A stretch of DNA of 64,000 bases from contig CANMPD010000012.1 in NCBI GenBank assembly GCA_947499635.1, positions 35,857 to 99,856 of the forward strand, written 5' to 3'. Position numbers and translations under genes: made by a program. This DNA is from an uncultured Rhodobacteraceae bacterium. GTDB lineage: Bacteria > Pseudomonadota > Alphaproteobacteria > Rhodobacterales > Rhodobacteraceae. Shown here one piece after another: positions 39,228-49,913 of the stretch. Numbering within the stretch: position 1 is the stretch's first letter; each line of letters opens with the position of its first letter. The notes under the pieces are model-generated. The model saw nothing but the letters and a program-made list of their open reading frames with translations. It made no database searches and was not told where the DNA came from.

Positions 39228-41462
39228 ATGAGCACCGCGCAGCTTTTTACGCGACATCTGGCAACACAAACACGCGATGGCTTAACAATTCTAGATGCTG
39301 TGGACACGAGCGCAGGCGCAGGGCCCGTGTTTTTTGCGCGCATGACATCGGCGCAACTGGCTGCGGTTTATTGTCAATCTCCTCTTGAAGCCGTCTTAAC
39401 GATAAATGACGCACCAATTGTGCAGGTTGATACATTTCCTGATGATCTCGAAGTTGCGCCAGCCGAGCCCGAACTGCTGTCAGGGCGCAATGTTCTGGTC
39501 GCGTTGCGTAATGGTCAACCTGTTGAAATCGTCACGAAGTGGTTGTTTTATCATCATGATTTCTTTGGCGTTACGGCTGCCGTTCTGGTAAATCGTGGGC
39601 CATCCGGTCAAGATGACCATTTTCTCCGTGATTTAACGGGTGCGCTTGCATCCTCGAAACGTGATCTAAAGATCATCGTGGTCGAAAGTGGTATCCCGCT
39701 GGGACATCCAGAACAGCCACATGAACACCACCCGTTTTGTATCGCAGAGGCCCCCGGCAAAGATCGCATGGAAGTCCCAGCCGCCGATCCGTGGTTTTCC
39801 CCCCTTTATGAGGGGTCAATTTACGAAGTGATCCGTGCACGTTTTCTGCGAGATGTTCGCGCGGTCGCCAATCTAGATCTATGTGATCTGATGTATGCGC
39901 CCAGTGATGCTTTACAGAATGCTCGGGCTGGAAAACCCTTTGAGACGCCTTTTGACATAGCCGCGACCACCCCTGGCGCGGTCGTCGCTTTGCGTGGACA
40001 GCACTGTTATCCGTGGCGCATTCGCAAAGGGCAAGAGGTCAGTTTTGCCGACCATATCTGTGTTCAGTTTGACACGCCGCGATTTAGAGCACGTTGGTGT
40101 GTGACCCCCTCGGGCTTGCCTGCAGAGGCTGTTTTGAAGTTCCGAAAAATCTCTCACACGACATCAGTCGCGCAAGCTAATTTCTTTGCACATATGGCAA
40201 TACGCCACCCTGTGGGAAAGTTCGGGCAAATTGTCCCTCAGTCCAGTCTTGTTGAAAACACCGCTTTGTTGACAGCATCACAAGAGATCTTTGATTTCAA
40301 ACCTATCCGACCACCAGAAATAGAATACACCGCCCCCAACGCAGACAATATTCGTACAGCAATCGTGACCACGATGAAAAACGAAGGCCCTTTTATCCTT
40401 GAATGGCTGGCCTATCATCAGGCGATCGGGGTGGAAAACTTTCTTGTTTACACAAACGATTGTACCGATGGCACCGATACGATGTTTGACTTGTTGCAAA
40501 GCAAAGGCATTCTACAACACCGTCAGAACCCTTTTCGCGAGATGAATTTAAAACCACAGCACGCCGCACTTCAGGCCGCTGAAGGTGAAGACATGCTGAA
40601 ATCGGCGGACTGGGCGATTTGCATGGATGTGGACGAATTCATCAATATTAAAGTCGGCAATGGCACCCTTGCAGAGCTGTACCAGACCGTTGGCGACGCC
40701 AATATGATCTCTTGCACCTGGCGCCTGTTTGGCAATGGCGACCGCCATGATTTTGAAGACATCTATACGATTGGTCAATTCAACCGTTGCGCTGAAGAAT
40801 ACTCTCCCAAACCCCATCAAGCGTGGGGATTTAAGACCCTGTTTCGCAACACCGGCATCTTTAAAAAGATGGGCGTTCACCGCCCCAAGGGCCTGCACCC
40901 GCAGTTATGGGAAAAAATCAACTGGGTGAATGGTTCAGGACAACCCCTGCCCCGAGGAGAATACCGCAACGCGTGGCGGTCCACTACCGAAACCTACGGA
41001 TATGATTTGGTCAGTCTCAACCATTACGCCGTACGCAACGCCGAAAGTTTTTTAGTGAAACGGGACCGTGGCCGTGTGAACCACGTCGATCGCGATCAAG
41101 GTCTGGCTTACTGGTTTCGTATGAATAACAACGCTGTCGAAGAAAACTCAATCAAAGCGCGTATCCCAATGATGGAAGAGCGGCTCAAAATTTTGATGTC
41201 AGATCCAGAAATCGCGGCGCAGCACCATAAATGCGTCGCCGCCCACCGCACCAAAATTGACGCGTTAAAAGCTCAGCCTGCACAACAGGAGTTTTTTCAA
41301 ACCCTCACTAGTGCACGCATGGAAAGACTTTCAAAACTTCACCGACATTTCGGGTCTGCTGTCTTTTTGACCGGTCCTGAGGCCGTGCCCGACGATGTGG
41401 TCTTTGGTGATCACCCAAGCGACTATTTCTTTACCGTCGACAAAGGCGAGACCCAACACTAG
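39228..41462 (+). CDS. glycosyltransferase with tandem GT2/GT92-like (Glyco_tranf_2_4-type) domains, N-terminal copy degenerate
   Basis: C-terminal copy: AIVTTMKNEGPFILEWLAYHQAIGVENFLVYTNDCTDGT...CMDVDEFI. N-terminal copy: VLVALRNGQPVEIVTKWLFYHHDFFGVTAAVLVNRG...NLDLCDLMY. Confidence 0.7.
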   Translation: MSTAQLFTRHLATQTRDGLTILDAVDTSAGAGPVFFARMTSAQLAAVYCQSPLEAVLTINDAPIVQVDTFPDDLEVAPAEPELLSGRNVLVALRNGQPVEIVTKWLFYHHDFFGVTAAVLVNRGPSGQDDHFLRDLTGALASSKRDLKIIVVESGIPLGHPEQPHEHHPFCIAEAPGKDRMEVPAADPWFSPLYEGSIYEVIRARFLRDVRAVANLDLCDLMYAPSDALQNARAGKPFETPFDIAATTPGAVVALRGQHCYPWRIRKGQEVSFADHICVQFDTPRFRARWCVTPSGLPAEAVLKFRKISHTTSVAQANFFAHMAIRHPVGKFGQIVPQSSLVENTALLTASQEIFDFKPIRPPEIEYTAPNADNIRTAIVTTMKNEGPFILEWLAYHQAIGVENFLVYTNDCTDGTDTMFDLLQSKGILQHRQNPFREMNLKPQHAALQAAEGEDMLKSADWAICMDVDEFINIKVGNGTLAELYQTVGDANMISCTWRLFGNGDRHDFEDIYTIGQFNRCAEEYSPKPHQAWGFKTLFRNTGIFKKMGVHRPKGLHPQLWEKINWVNGSGQPLPRGEYRNAWRSTTETYGYDLVSLNHYAVRNAESFLVKRDRGRVNHVDRDQGLAYWFRMNNNAVEENSIKARIPMMEERLKILMSDPEIAAQHHKCVAAHRTKIDALKAQPAQQEFFQTLTSARMERLSKLHRHFGSAVFLTGPEAVPDDVVFGDHPSDYFFTVDKGETQH

Positions 41463-41634
41463 GCGGAACTGCTGCATTCCTGCACTCTTGGCGGGATTAA
41501 GTGTCTGACAGACGATCAAACTTCAGCTTTTAAAAACCAATTCGCGTAAAAAGAGATAAAGCTAACGTCGCCACACTGGCATATTGCCGCAGACAACGAT
41601 AGCGATTGGCAAAAGGAATATCAGGAGGTCTTCC

Positions 41635-42468
41635 GTGGAAACCGTATCCGAGAATCGGGCATTTGGCGGCACACAAGGCGTATATCGCCACGCCAGCACA
41701 TCAACAAACTGCGACATGACCTTTGGGCTGTTTCTGCCCGATGACGCCAAAGATGGCCCTGTTCCCGTGTTGTGGTATTTGTCCGGCTTAACCTGCACCC
41801 ATGAAAACGCCATGACCAAGGCCGGCGCGCAAAGCTGGTGCGCGGAACAGGGGATTGCCATTGTGTTTCCCGACACTTCACCGCGCGGCGAAGGCGTTGC
41901 CGATGATGACACATATGATCTGGGCCAAGGGGCTGGGTTTTATGTCAACGCCACTCAGGCTCCGTGGGATGCACATTTTCGGATGTGGGATTATATCGCC
42001 GATGAATTGCCTGCATTGCTGGGCGAAAAATTCAATCTGGATATGAACCGTCAATCCATCACCGGCCATTCTATGGGGGGGCATGGTGCCCTCACGCTGG
42101 CCATGAACCTGCCGGGTCGTTTCAAATCAGTATCGGCTTTTGCCCCAATTTCAAATCCCACCGCCAGTGATTGGGGACGCAAGCAATTGTCGGCCTATCT
42201 TGGCGATGACGAAAGCACGTGGTCGGCCCATGACGCCAGCCTGTTGATGCGTGAAAAGGGGTTTGACGGCCCGATCTTGATCGACACCGGCACCGGCGAT
42301 ACCTTTCTTGACTTACTCAAACCCGAAGCCCTCGCCCAGGCGGTGAATGAACGTCGTCAACAAGCAACCTTGCGATTACAGCCAGGCTACGACCACAGCT
42401 ATTTCTTTGTGTCCACATTTATGGAAGATCACATCTCCTTCCATGCAGATGCCCTATACGCGGAGTAA
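41635..42468 (+). CDS. fghA: S-formylglutathione hydrolase
   Basis: VETVSENRAFGGTQGVY...WYLSGLTCTHEN...GHSMGGHGAL...GYDHSYFF. GTG start at 41635 behind CAGGAGG. Confidence 0.9.
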   Translation: METVSENRAFGGTQGVYRHASTSTNCDMTFGLFLPDDAKDGPVPVLWYLSGLTCTHENAMTKAGAQSWCAEQGIAIVFPDTSPRGEGVADDDTYDLGQGAGFYVNATQAPWDAHFRMWDYIADELPALLGEKFNLDMNRQSITGHSMGGHGALTLAMNLPGRFKSVSAFAPISNPTASDWGRKQLSAYLGDDESTWSAHDASLLMREKGFDGPILIDTGTGDTFLDLLKPEALAQAVNERRQQATLRLQPGYDHSYFFVSTFMEDHISFHADALYAE

Positions 42469-42471
42469 ACT

Positions 42472-43962
42472 ATGAGCGACTTTGACTATGATCTGATCAT
42501 CATTGGCTCCGGACCCTCGGGACGGACGGCCGCAATTCAAGCAGCAAAACTCAAACGCAGCGTGTTGGTTATCGACCGTAAAGACCGTCTTGGCGGCGTG
42601 TCAGTCCATACTGGTACAATCCCGTCAAAAACCCTGCGCGAGACTGTTTTAAACCTCAGCGGTTGGCGTGAACGCAGTTTTTACGGGCGCTCCTACCGAG
42701 TCAAAGATCAGATTAAAGCCGAAGACCTCAAAGGGCGTCTACATATGACCCTCGATCACGAGGTGGATGTACTGGAGCATCAGTTCAACCGAAACCACGT
42801 AGAGACATTGGCGGGATTGGCGCATTTCGTTGGCCCCAATGAATTAGAAGTCGAAACCGAAGCAGGCGATACAACGCGCGTCACCGGCGAGAAGTTCCTG
42901 ATCGCGACCGGCACGCGCACCTACCGCCCCGATTATGTCCCCTTTAACGGCACCACCATCGTCGACGGTGATGAATTTCTGGAAATGGAGGAAATTCCCC
43001 GCGCGCTCATCGTCGTTGGCGCCGGCGTGATTGGTGTAGAATATGCCACCATGTTTGCAGCACTGGATGTCCGTGTCACACTGATCGAGCCTCGAGACAC
43101 CTTCCTTGATTTTATCGACCAGCGTTTGATTCAGGAATTCACCCATCAAATCCGCGAAAACGGTGTTGATTTACGCCTTGGCTCTGCGATCGACAGCATC
43201 AAGGACGAAGAAGAACACATCGAAGTCACACTCGCCAATGGGCGTCATATACGTGGCGATATGCTGCTCTTTGCGGCTGGACGGATGGGCAACACTGACA
43301 AGCTCAATCTGGCAAAAGTTGGCCTGAAAACAGACCACCGTGGCCGTGTCAGTGTTGAGCGTAAAAGCTACCAAACAGAGGTGCCGCATATCTATGCCAC
43401 CGGTGACGTTATCGGACACCCTTCGCTCGCGTCCACATCGCAGCAACAGGGCCGCGTTGCGGCTTGCCATGCGATGAATGTTCCAACCGTTCCGGAAAGC
43501 CCATGGTTTCCATATGGCATTTATTCCGTGCCAGAAATGTCCACCTGCGGCATGTCCGAAGAAGAGCTTAAAGAACGCGAAGTCCCTTATGAGGTTGGCA
43601 TTGCCCGTTTCCGGGAAACCTCACGTGGGCATATTATGGGGCTAGAGCACGGATTTCTAAAAATGCTCTTCTCTCTCAAAACGCGCCGTGTTTTGGGTGT
43701 TCAAATCGTAGGAGAAGGCGCGACAGAGCTGATTCACATCGCTCAGGCTGTTTTGAACCTGCAAGGCACCGTGGACTATTTCGTTCAAAACACCTTCAAT
43801 TACCCAACCTTGGCCGAGGCCTATAAGGTCGCAGGTCTAGACGCGTTCAACCGTATGCCGATCCCCGAGGAATATCGCGACACCGCGCCCGAGAAGAAGG
43901 CCCCGCGTAAGAAAGCGGCCCCAAAGACAGACGCAAAAAACACGGCTAAGGCGAAAGAGTGA
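42472..43962 (+). CDS. sthA: soluble (Si-specific) pyridine nucleotide transhydrogenase with Lys-rich C-terminal tail
   Basis: [11 protein letters not shown]...[17 protein letters not shown] (SthA-type, no redox CxxxxC). About 30 extra residues, [25 protein letters not shown], at the C-terminus. Confidence 0.85.
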   Translation: MSDFDYDLIIIGSGPSGRTAAIQAAKLKRSVLVIDRKDRLGGVSVHTGTIPSKTLRETVLNLSGWRERSFYGRSYRVKDQIKAEDLKGRLHMTLDHEVDVLEHQFNRNHVETLAGLAHFVGPNELEVETEAGDTTRVTGEKFLIATGTRTYRPDYVPFNGTTIVDGDEFLEMEEIPRALIVVGAGVIGVEYATMFAALDVRVTLIEPRDTFLDFIDQRLIQEFTHQIRENGVDLRLGSAIDSIKDEEEHIEVTLANGRHIRGDMLLFAAGRMGNTDKLNLAKVGLKTDHRGRVSVERKSYQTEVPHIYATGDVIGHPSLASTSQQQGRVAACHAMNVPTVPESPWFPYGIYSVPEMSTCGMSEEELKEREVPYEVGIARFRETSRGHIMGLEHGFLKMLFSLKTRRVLGVQIVGEGATELIHIAQAVLNLQGTVDYFVQNTFNYPTLAEAYKVAGLDAFNRMPIPEEYRDTAPEKKAPRKKAAPKTDAKNTAKAKE

Positions 43963-44417
43963 GCGGGCTCTACATTGACGCAGATGCTTGCCCTGTAAAG
44001 GCCGAGGCCGAACGTGTCGCCACCCGTCATGGGTGGCCCATGTTTGTTGTCTCAAACGGCGGCTTGCGCCCGTCACAAAACCCGTTGGTTCAAACAATTG
44101 TCGTGGCTGATGGCCCTGACGTGGCAGATATGTGGATCGCAGACCGCTGCGGGCCAGGCGATGTGGTCGTCACAGGTGATATCCCACTGGCGGCCAAGTG
44201 CATTGAAACAGGCGCTCGGGTTTTACGCCACAATGGCGAGGCCTTTACCACCGCCAATATTGGCCAGCAACTTGCGATGCGTGATCTCATGGCGGATCTA
44301 CGCGCAGCCAACCCGTTGGGGATGGCGGGGGGCGGAAAAGGCTTTACCAAAGCTGACAGATCTCGTTTTCTCGACGCATTAGAGCGTGAGATTCGCGCTG
44401 CAAAATCAGCCAAATAA
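43959..44417 (+). CDS. yaiI: YaiI/YqxD family protein (UPF0178)
   Basis: 152 aa, [11 protein letters not shown]...[13 protein letters not shown] start overlaps the sthA stop. Confidence 0.85.
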   Translation: MSGLYIDADACPVKAEAERVATRHGWPMFVVSNGGLRPSQNPLVQTIVVADGPDVADMWIADRCGPGDVVVTGDIPLAAKCIETGARVLRHNGEAFTTANIGQQLAMRDLMADLRAANPLGMAGGGKGFTKADRSRFLDALEREIRAAKSAK

Positions 44418-44427
44418 GGGTATTCTC

Positions 44428-45048
44428 ATGACAATCAAAGCCGTCGTTTTCGATATTGGTCGTGTCCTTATCAATTGGGAACCCGAAGCTTTTTACCATG
44501 CGCAAATTGGCGTAGAACGCAGTAAATCTTTGTTTGACGAAGTCCCTTTACACGAAGCCAATCTCGACATTGACCGTGGCGCACCCTTTCGTGACACTAT
44601 CTATGACTTGGCCCAAGCACACCCTAAATGGGCCGCAGAAATTCGTTTGTGGCATGATCGCTGGCTTGAAATGGCCTCGCCCGACATTCCGCATTCCGTA
44701 CGCCTGTTGCGGGCTTTACGCGCCAAGGATATCCCTGTTTTTGCACTAAGCAATTTTGGAATTGAAACCTTTGAAATCGCTTTAAAAGACTATCCTGTGC
44801 TGCACGAGTTTGATCAGGCTTATATCTCTGGGCAACTCAAATGTATTAAGCCAGATCCCGAAATTTACGAACATCTCGAACAAGGGTCGGGATTATCAGG
44901 CAACCAGCTCATCTTTGCAGATGATCGCCCGGAAAACATCGCCGCAGCGGACGCTCGGGGTTGGAAAACACATTTGTTCACCACACCTAACCTGTGGGCT
45001 GATTGTCTCGTTCGCGAAGGTCTGCTGTCCAACGACGAAGCGGTCTAA
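44428..45048 (+). CDS. HAD-superfamily hydrolase
   Basis: MTIKAVVFDIGRVLINW (motif I), ALSNF (motif II), FADDRPENI (motif IV). ORF start trimmed to ATG 44428. Confidence 0.85.
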   Translation: MTIKAVVFDIGRVLINWEPEAFYHAQIGVERSKSLFDEVPLHEANLDIDRGAPFRDTIYDLAQAHPKWAAEIRLWHDRWLEMASPDIPHSVRLLRALRAKDIPVFALSNFGIETFEIALKDYPVLHEFDQAYISGQLKCIKPDPEIYEHLEQGSGLSGNQLIFADDRPENIAAADARGWKTHLFTTPNLWADCLVREGLLSNDEAV

Positions 45049-45051
45049 GGG

Positions 45052-46287
45052 TCAGGTTGCCGCTGCAAGTGGCCGTTCGCGCACGGGAAGGTGCACCAAT
45101 GCGCTAAAGGCGCCAACACCGATGCCGATCCACCAAACCATGGTGTAATCCCCATAGACATCGTACATACGCCCCCCCAGCCAGACCCCTAAAAAACCGC
45201 CAACTTGGTGACTAAAGAATACAATACCATATAGCGTTCCCATACAGCGCAAGCCGTAAATATGAGCAATCAACCCTGAGGTCAGCGGTACAGTGGCCAA
45301 CCACAAAGATCCCATAGCGACCGAGAAGACCAACACTGAAACCGGCGTGATGGGCATTAAGATAAACACAGTGGCGACCACTGTGCGTGCGGTATAAATC
45401 CCGGCCAACAGGTACTTTTTTGAGTATCGCTTGCCCAGCCACCCTGCAAACAGGGTCCCACCGACATTGGCTGCGCCAATCAATGAAATAGACACCGCCC
45501 CCAAAACGGATGTGGTTGTAATACCAATCGAATGCAGTGCTCCACCGGGTAGGATTGGCCCACACATCTCTGTCACAAAGGCAGGAAAATGCGCCGTGAT
45601 AAACGCAAGTTGATAACCGCAGCTGAAAAATCCCAAGAACAATAAAGTATAAGTTGGGTCTTTAAAGGCCTTGCCCAAAATCGTGCCCATGCTCTCTTCA
45701 AGTTCGGCTTTACTGGCAGGCTGTGGCAGGCGCATCATCGGCAATGTCAAAATCAACGACAAAACGACAACGGCAAACACGATGAACACGCTCTGCCAAG
45801 CCATAAAACTCAACAGAAACTCGGCCAAGGGCGCGCCAAAGATTTGTCCTCCTGACCCCGCCGCAGTGACAATCGCCAAGGACATCGAACGATTCTCGTC
45901 AGAGCTCGCCCGCCCGACAACTGCCAACACGACTCCAAACCCCGTTCCTGCGATCCCAAAGCCAACCAACCATTCATAGGCTTGCATCTCAAATGGTGAC
46001 GTTGCTCCGGAACTGAGCACCAATCCACTTGCGTAGATCAACGCGCCAATAACGATGGCTTTACGATCACCGATCCGTTCGGCAAGCGCGCCGAAAATTG
46101 GTTGCCCGATACCCCAAGCCAAATTCTGAATAGCGATAGCCAGAGAAAACTCTGCCCGTAACCAGTTAAAATCTTCTGCAATCGGGATCTGAAACACCCC
46201 AAACGATGCGCGAATAGCAAAACTCACCATAATGATGACACAGCCGACGATGAGGACTGGATTCAGTAAGGGTTTCGTCTCGGCCAT
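45052..46287 (-). CDS. MFS transporter
   Basis: 411 aa from ATG 46287, about 12 TM helices, GALAERIGDRK loop motif. Confidence 0.85.
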   Translation of the reverse strand: MAETKPLLNPVLIVGCVIIMVSFAIRASFGVFQIPIAEDFNWLRAEFSLAIAIQNLAWGIGQPIFGALAERIGDRKAIVIGALIYASGLVLSSGATSPFEMQAYEWLVGFGIAGTGFGVVLAVVGRASSDENRSMSLAIVTAAGSGGQIFGAPLAEFLLSFMAWQSVFIVFAVVVLSLILTLPMMRLPQPASKAELEESMGTILGKAFKDPTYTLLFLGFFSCGYQLAFITAHFPAFVTEMCGPILPGGALHSIGITTTSVLGAVSISLIGAANVGGTLFAGWLGKRYSKKYLLAGIYTARTVVATVFILMPITPVSVLVFSVAMGSLWLATVPLTSGLIAHIYGLRCMGTLYGIVFFSHQVGGFLGVWLGGRMYDVYGDYTMVWWIGIGVGAFSALVHLPVRERPLAAAT

Positions 46288-46435
46288 TCTATTCTCCACA
46301 CCTGATCCCTCAGGTGTGACGCTTTTGTATACTATGGTCAAATGAACATCTTTGACGTATTCAATCACAAAATTTGTACACCCTCGCACACAAAACGCCC
46401 TGTCCTCTTCCAAGGTTAAAGGCCATCCCTTCGCC

Positions 46436-47509
46436 ATGACAAACTTAAGCACACTGTATCAATCCAAAGTCGACGCTGGCGATATTCGCCCTGACACGGC
46501 GCAACTGGCTGTAATCCCTGAATTTCAACGCATTTCTGACGGGTTGAACGCCGAACCAATTAAACAAGGTTTCTTTCGCAAACCCGTGCGTCCCGATGTC
46601 AAAGGCCTGTATCTATGGGGGGGGGTCGGTCGTGGAAAATCCATGGTGATGGATCTTTTTGTCGAAAGCCTCGGCGATATCCCAAAACGACGCGTGCATT
46701 TTCACGCCTTTATGCAAGAAATTCATGCAAAAATGCACCAAGCGCGGCAAAATGGTATCGAAGATACGCTTGCCCCGGTTGCCGCAGATGTCGCAAGTTC
46801 GGTGCGCCTGCTTGCATTTGACGAAATGCAAATCACCGATATTACAGACGCAATGATCGTCGGCCGCCTGTTTGAAGCTTTATTTGCGGCCGGTGTCACA
46901 GTTGTCACAACCTCCAACCGCATCCCGGACGATCTGTACAAAAATGGCCTAAACCGGCAACTCTTTTTACCGTTCATCGAGATCATCAAAGACAAGATGA
47001 CGGTTTGGGAAATGGTATCACCCACTGATTATCGCCAAGACCGTCTAAAAGGAGGGCAAGTTTATTTCTCTCCTCTTAATCCAGACACACGCAGTCAAAT
47101 GGATGCGATCTGGTCAGACTTCACTGGGGGGCATTCGCAACCGCTGGATTTAAAAGTCAAAGGCAGAACGCTGACCATTCCCGCCTATCACAACGGTGTC
47201 GGTCGCGCGCGTTTCTTTGATCTTTGTGGCGCCATGCTGGGTCCTGGTGATTATCTAGAGATCGCTCAGGCAGTTAACGTCTTGATGCTCGACGATATCC
47301 CGGCACTGAACCGGAGTAACTTCAACGAAGCCAAACGTTTTGTGACCCTGATTGATGCTCTCTACGAGGCTCAGGTACGGTTGATTTGCTCAGCCGCAGC
47401 AGAGCCTGAAGTTCTGTATCTTGAGGGCGAAGGTGTGTTTGAATTTGAACGCACTGCATCGCGTCTGCGTGAGATGCAAGACAAGAGCTGGGGAACAACC
47501 TCTGAATAG
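46436..47509 (+). CDS. zapE: cell division protein ZapE (AFG1-like ATPase)
   Basis: MTNLSTLYQSKV...GLYLWGGVGRGKSMVMDLF...LLAFDEMQITD. ORF start trimmed to ATG 46436. Confidence 0.9.
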   Translation: MTNLSTLYQSKVDAGDIRPDTAQLAVIPEFQRISDGLNAEPIKQGFFRKPVRPDVKGLYLWGGVGRGKSMVMDLFVESLGDIPKRRVHFHAFMQEIHAKMHQARQNGIEDTLAPVAADVASSVRLLAFDEMQITDITDAMIVGRLFEALFAAGVTVVTTSNRIPDDLYKNGLNRQLFLPFIEIIKDKMTVWEMVSPTDYRQDRLKGGQVYFSPLNPDTRSQMDAIWSDFTGGHSQPLDLKVKGRTLTIPAYHNGVGRARFFDLCGAMLGPGDYLEIAQAVNVLMLDDIPALNRSNFNEAKRFVTLIDALYEAQVRLICSAAAEPEVLYLEGEGVFEFERTASRLREMQDKSWGTTSE

Positions 47510-47516
47510 GACGCAA

Positions 47517-47538
47517 GCGCATCGCGTCAGCGATGCGC
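47517..47538. other. perfect 9-bp hairpin between convergent zapE and folC (no U-tract)
   Basis: GCGCATCGC-gtca-GCGATGCGC. Confidence 0.4.
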
Positions 47539-47593
47539 CCGGCCCAACGGGGCGAGATTGTAAAATCGAGAACGGGCGGGAGTATCTGCTTAC

Positions 47594-48868
47594 TCAGGAG
47601 TTGTGACGCAACACATGCCCAGCAAGGTAAAGCGACCCACAAATCAAAATACGCGCGATTGGATCCTTCTCGATGATCTGCTGAACCGCGACCTCAACAC
47701 TCTCGGCCTGAAACGCTAAAATCCCTTCAGCTGTGGCTGCGTCCTTGGTATCTTCGGCGCTCAGTGTATTGACTTCATCAGGAATAGAAACGGCTGTTAA
47801 GCTTTGGGCGCACTGCGCCAGAGGTGCCATATACCCCTGCACATCCTTTGTGTTCAGCATCCCACATACCAAATGCGTCGGACGTTGCGATAAATTGGCC
47901 AAGACATCCGCCAACGCCAGCCCAGCAGCCACGTTATGCCCTCCATCCAACCAGACTTCAGCCTTTCCGGCCAAATCCACCAACGGTCCGGCCTTCAAGC
48001 GTTGCATCCGTGCAGGCCACTGCGCATTGGTCATGGCAGCGTCGCAAGCCGTCTCACTCGCACCAAGGTATCTCAGGGCTGCCAATGCCGCCCCCGCGTT
48101 TTGGATTTGGTGTTTGCCCATCAAACTTGGCAAAGGCAGGTCAAGCAATCCCCGTTCGTCCTGAAACACCAATCGACCACGTTCTTCCCAAACGTGCCAG
48201 TGCTGACCAAAGGCCAAAACCGGGGCCCCGAGGCGCATAGCTGTTGCCTCGATCACTTCCATTGCTTCGTCTGGCTGGGGGCCGACGATCACAGGAATGC
48301 CTCGTTTGATAATGCCAGCCTTCTCTGCAGCAATTTTTGCCAGGGTATCCCCCAAGAATTGCTCGTGATCGATTGAAATAGGCGTGATCACCGAGATCTC
48401 AGGCGTGATGACATTCGTTGCATCCAAACGCCCCCCAAGCCCAACTTCCAAAAGCGTATAATCCGCCTTTGTCCGCGCAAAGGCCAATAAGCCTGCAACC
48501 GTTGTGATCTCAAAATAGGTTATTGAGCGCCCCGCATTGGCCGCGTAACACGCGTTTAGCAACGCAATCAGCGCCGCTTCAGAGATTAATTCCCCCCTCA
48601 GACGGATACGTTCATGGAACCGTGCCAAATGGGGCGACGTATAGGCGTGAACCGACTTTCCCCACCCTTCAAGCCCCGCTCGGATCATCGCCTGCGTTGA
48701 TCCTTTGCCATTCGTGCCCGCGATATGAATAACCGGTGGTAATTTATCTTGCGGATTGTCAAGCGCGGCTAACAGTTCCCACACACGATCCAATGTTAGA
48801 TCAATAATCTTGGGATGCAACGCCATCATTTGCGCAAGAATATCGTCAGAGGTTTGGGTCATCATCAA
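47594..48868 (-). CDS. folC: bifunctional folylpolyglutamate synthase / dihydrofolate synthase
   Basis: 424 aa, HIAGTNGKGST P-loop, Mur-ligase layout, downstream of accD. Confidence 0.9.
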   Translation of the reverse strand: MMMTQTSDDILAQMMALHPKIIDLTLDRVWELLAALDNPQDKLPPVIHIAGTNGKGSTQAMIRAGLEGWGKSVHAYTSPHLARFHERIRLRGELISEAALIALLNACYAANAGRSITYFEITTVAGLLAFARTKADYTLLEVGLGGRLDATNVITPEISVITPISIDHEQFLGDTLAKIAAEKAGIIKRGIPVIVGPQPDEAMEVIEATAMRLGAPVLAFGQHWHVWEERGRLVFQDERGLLDLPLPSLMGKHQIQNAGAALAALRYLGASETACDAAMTNAQWPARMQRLKAGPLVDLAGKAEVWLDGGHNVAAGLALADVLANLSQRPTHLVCGMLNTKDVQGYMAPLAQCAQSLTAVSIPDEVNTLSAEDTKDAATAEGILAFQAESVEVAVQQIIEKDPIARILICGSLYLAGHVLRHNS

Positions 48869-48956
48869 TATCCAAATCTATCTGGTGCCTGGTGTTTAAA
48901 AACCCGCCAAACAGATGTTCAGCGGGTCTAAAACCTCACAGTTTAACGTCGCACGC

Positions 48957-49913
48957 TTAGGCGAGTTGCACGTCATCTGTCTCTTCTGGCGTCTCTACCA
49001 CAGGTTCTTCTGCAAGAACCTCTTCGACGGCTGGTGCAGGCAGTTCTCCCATAACTTGAGGGGGCAGCCCCATAAGCATACGGATAATCGTGATCAGCTC
49101 TTCCCGCATTTGCGTGCGTGGTATCACACGGTCCAACATTCCATGATCCAGCAAATATTCGGCGCGCTGAAAACCCTCGGGCAGTTTTTCACGAATGGTT
49201 TGTTCAATCACCCGCGGCCCTGCAAAACAGATCAATGCGTTGGGTTCAGAGATATGTACATCCCCAAGCATAGCGTAGGATGCCGTCACCCCTCCCGTCG
49301 TCGGATGCGTCAGCACCACGATGTAAGGTAGGTTCGCCTCTTTGAGCATCTGAATGGCAACCGTTGTTCGTGGCATTTGCATCAGGCTTAAAATGCCCTC
49401 TTGCATGCGCGCACCACCGGCTGCGGAAAATAGAACCAGTGGACGCTCTAAGCGCACGGCTTCTTCGGCAGCAGCAATAATCGCATTGCCGACATACATG
49501 CCCATAGACCCGCCCATAAACGTGAAATCCTGCGCAGCGGCCACAATTGGCGTACGACCGATCTCGCCTGCTGCAATCAACATAGCCTCGGCTTCACCAG
49601 TTTTTTTCTGCGCGGCACGCATCCGGTCAGGGTAGCGTTTTTGATCCCGGAACTTCAAAGGGTCTGCGACCGGTTCAGGCACATCAATCTCTGTAAATAT
49701 CCCACCATCAAACAATGCAGCAAACCGATCACGCGGTGTGATATTCATGTGGTGTCCGCAATTGGTACAGACATTCAGGTTATCACTCAGCTCGCGATGG
49801 AAAAGCATCGTGCCGCATTCGCTACATTTTTTCCACAGATTTTCAGGCACCTCGCGGCGAGAAAAAATCGAGTTGATCCGCGGACGGACGTAATTGCTGA
49901 TCCAGTTCATCAA
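48957..49913 (-). CDS. accD: acetyl-CoA carboxylase carboxyltransferase subunit beta
   Basis: MMNWISNYVRPRINS...CSECGTMLFHREL...CTNCGHH zinc finger followed by the CT domain. Confidence 0.95.
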   Translation of the reverse strand: MMNWISNYVRPRINSIFSRREVPENLWKKCSECGTMLFHRELSDNLNVCTNCGHHMNITPRDRFAALFDGGIFTEIDVPEPVADPLKFRDQKRYPDRMRAAQKKTGEAEAMLIAAGEIGRTPIVAAAQDFTFMGGSMGMYVGNAIIAAAEEAVRLERPLVLFSAAGGARMQEGILSLMQMPRTTVAIQMLKEANLPYIVVLTHPTTGGVTASYAMLGDVHISEPNALICFAGPRVIEQTIREKLPEGFQRAEYLLDHGMLDRVIPRTQMREELITIIRMLMGLPPQVMGELPAPAVEEVLAEEPVVETPEETDDVQLA

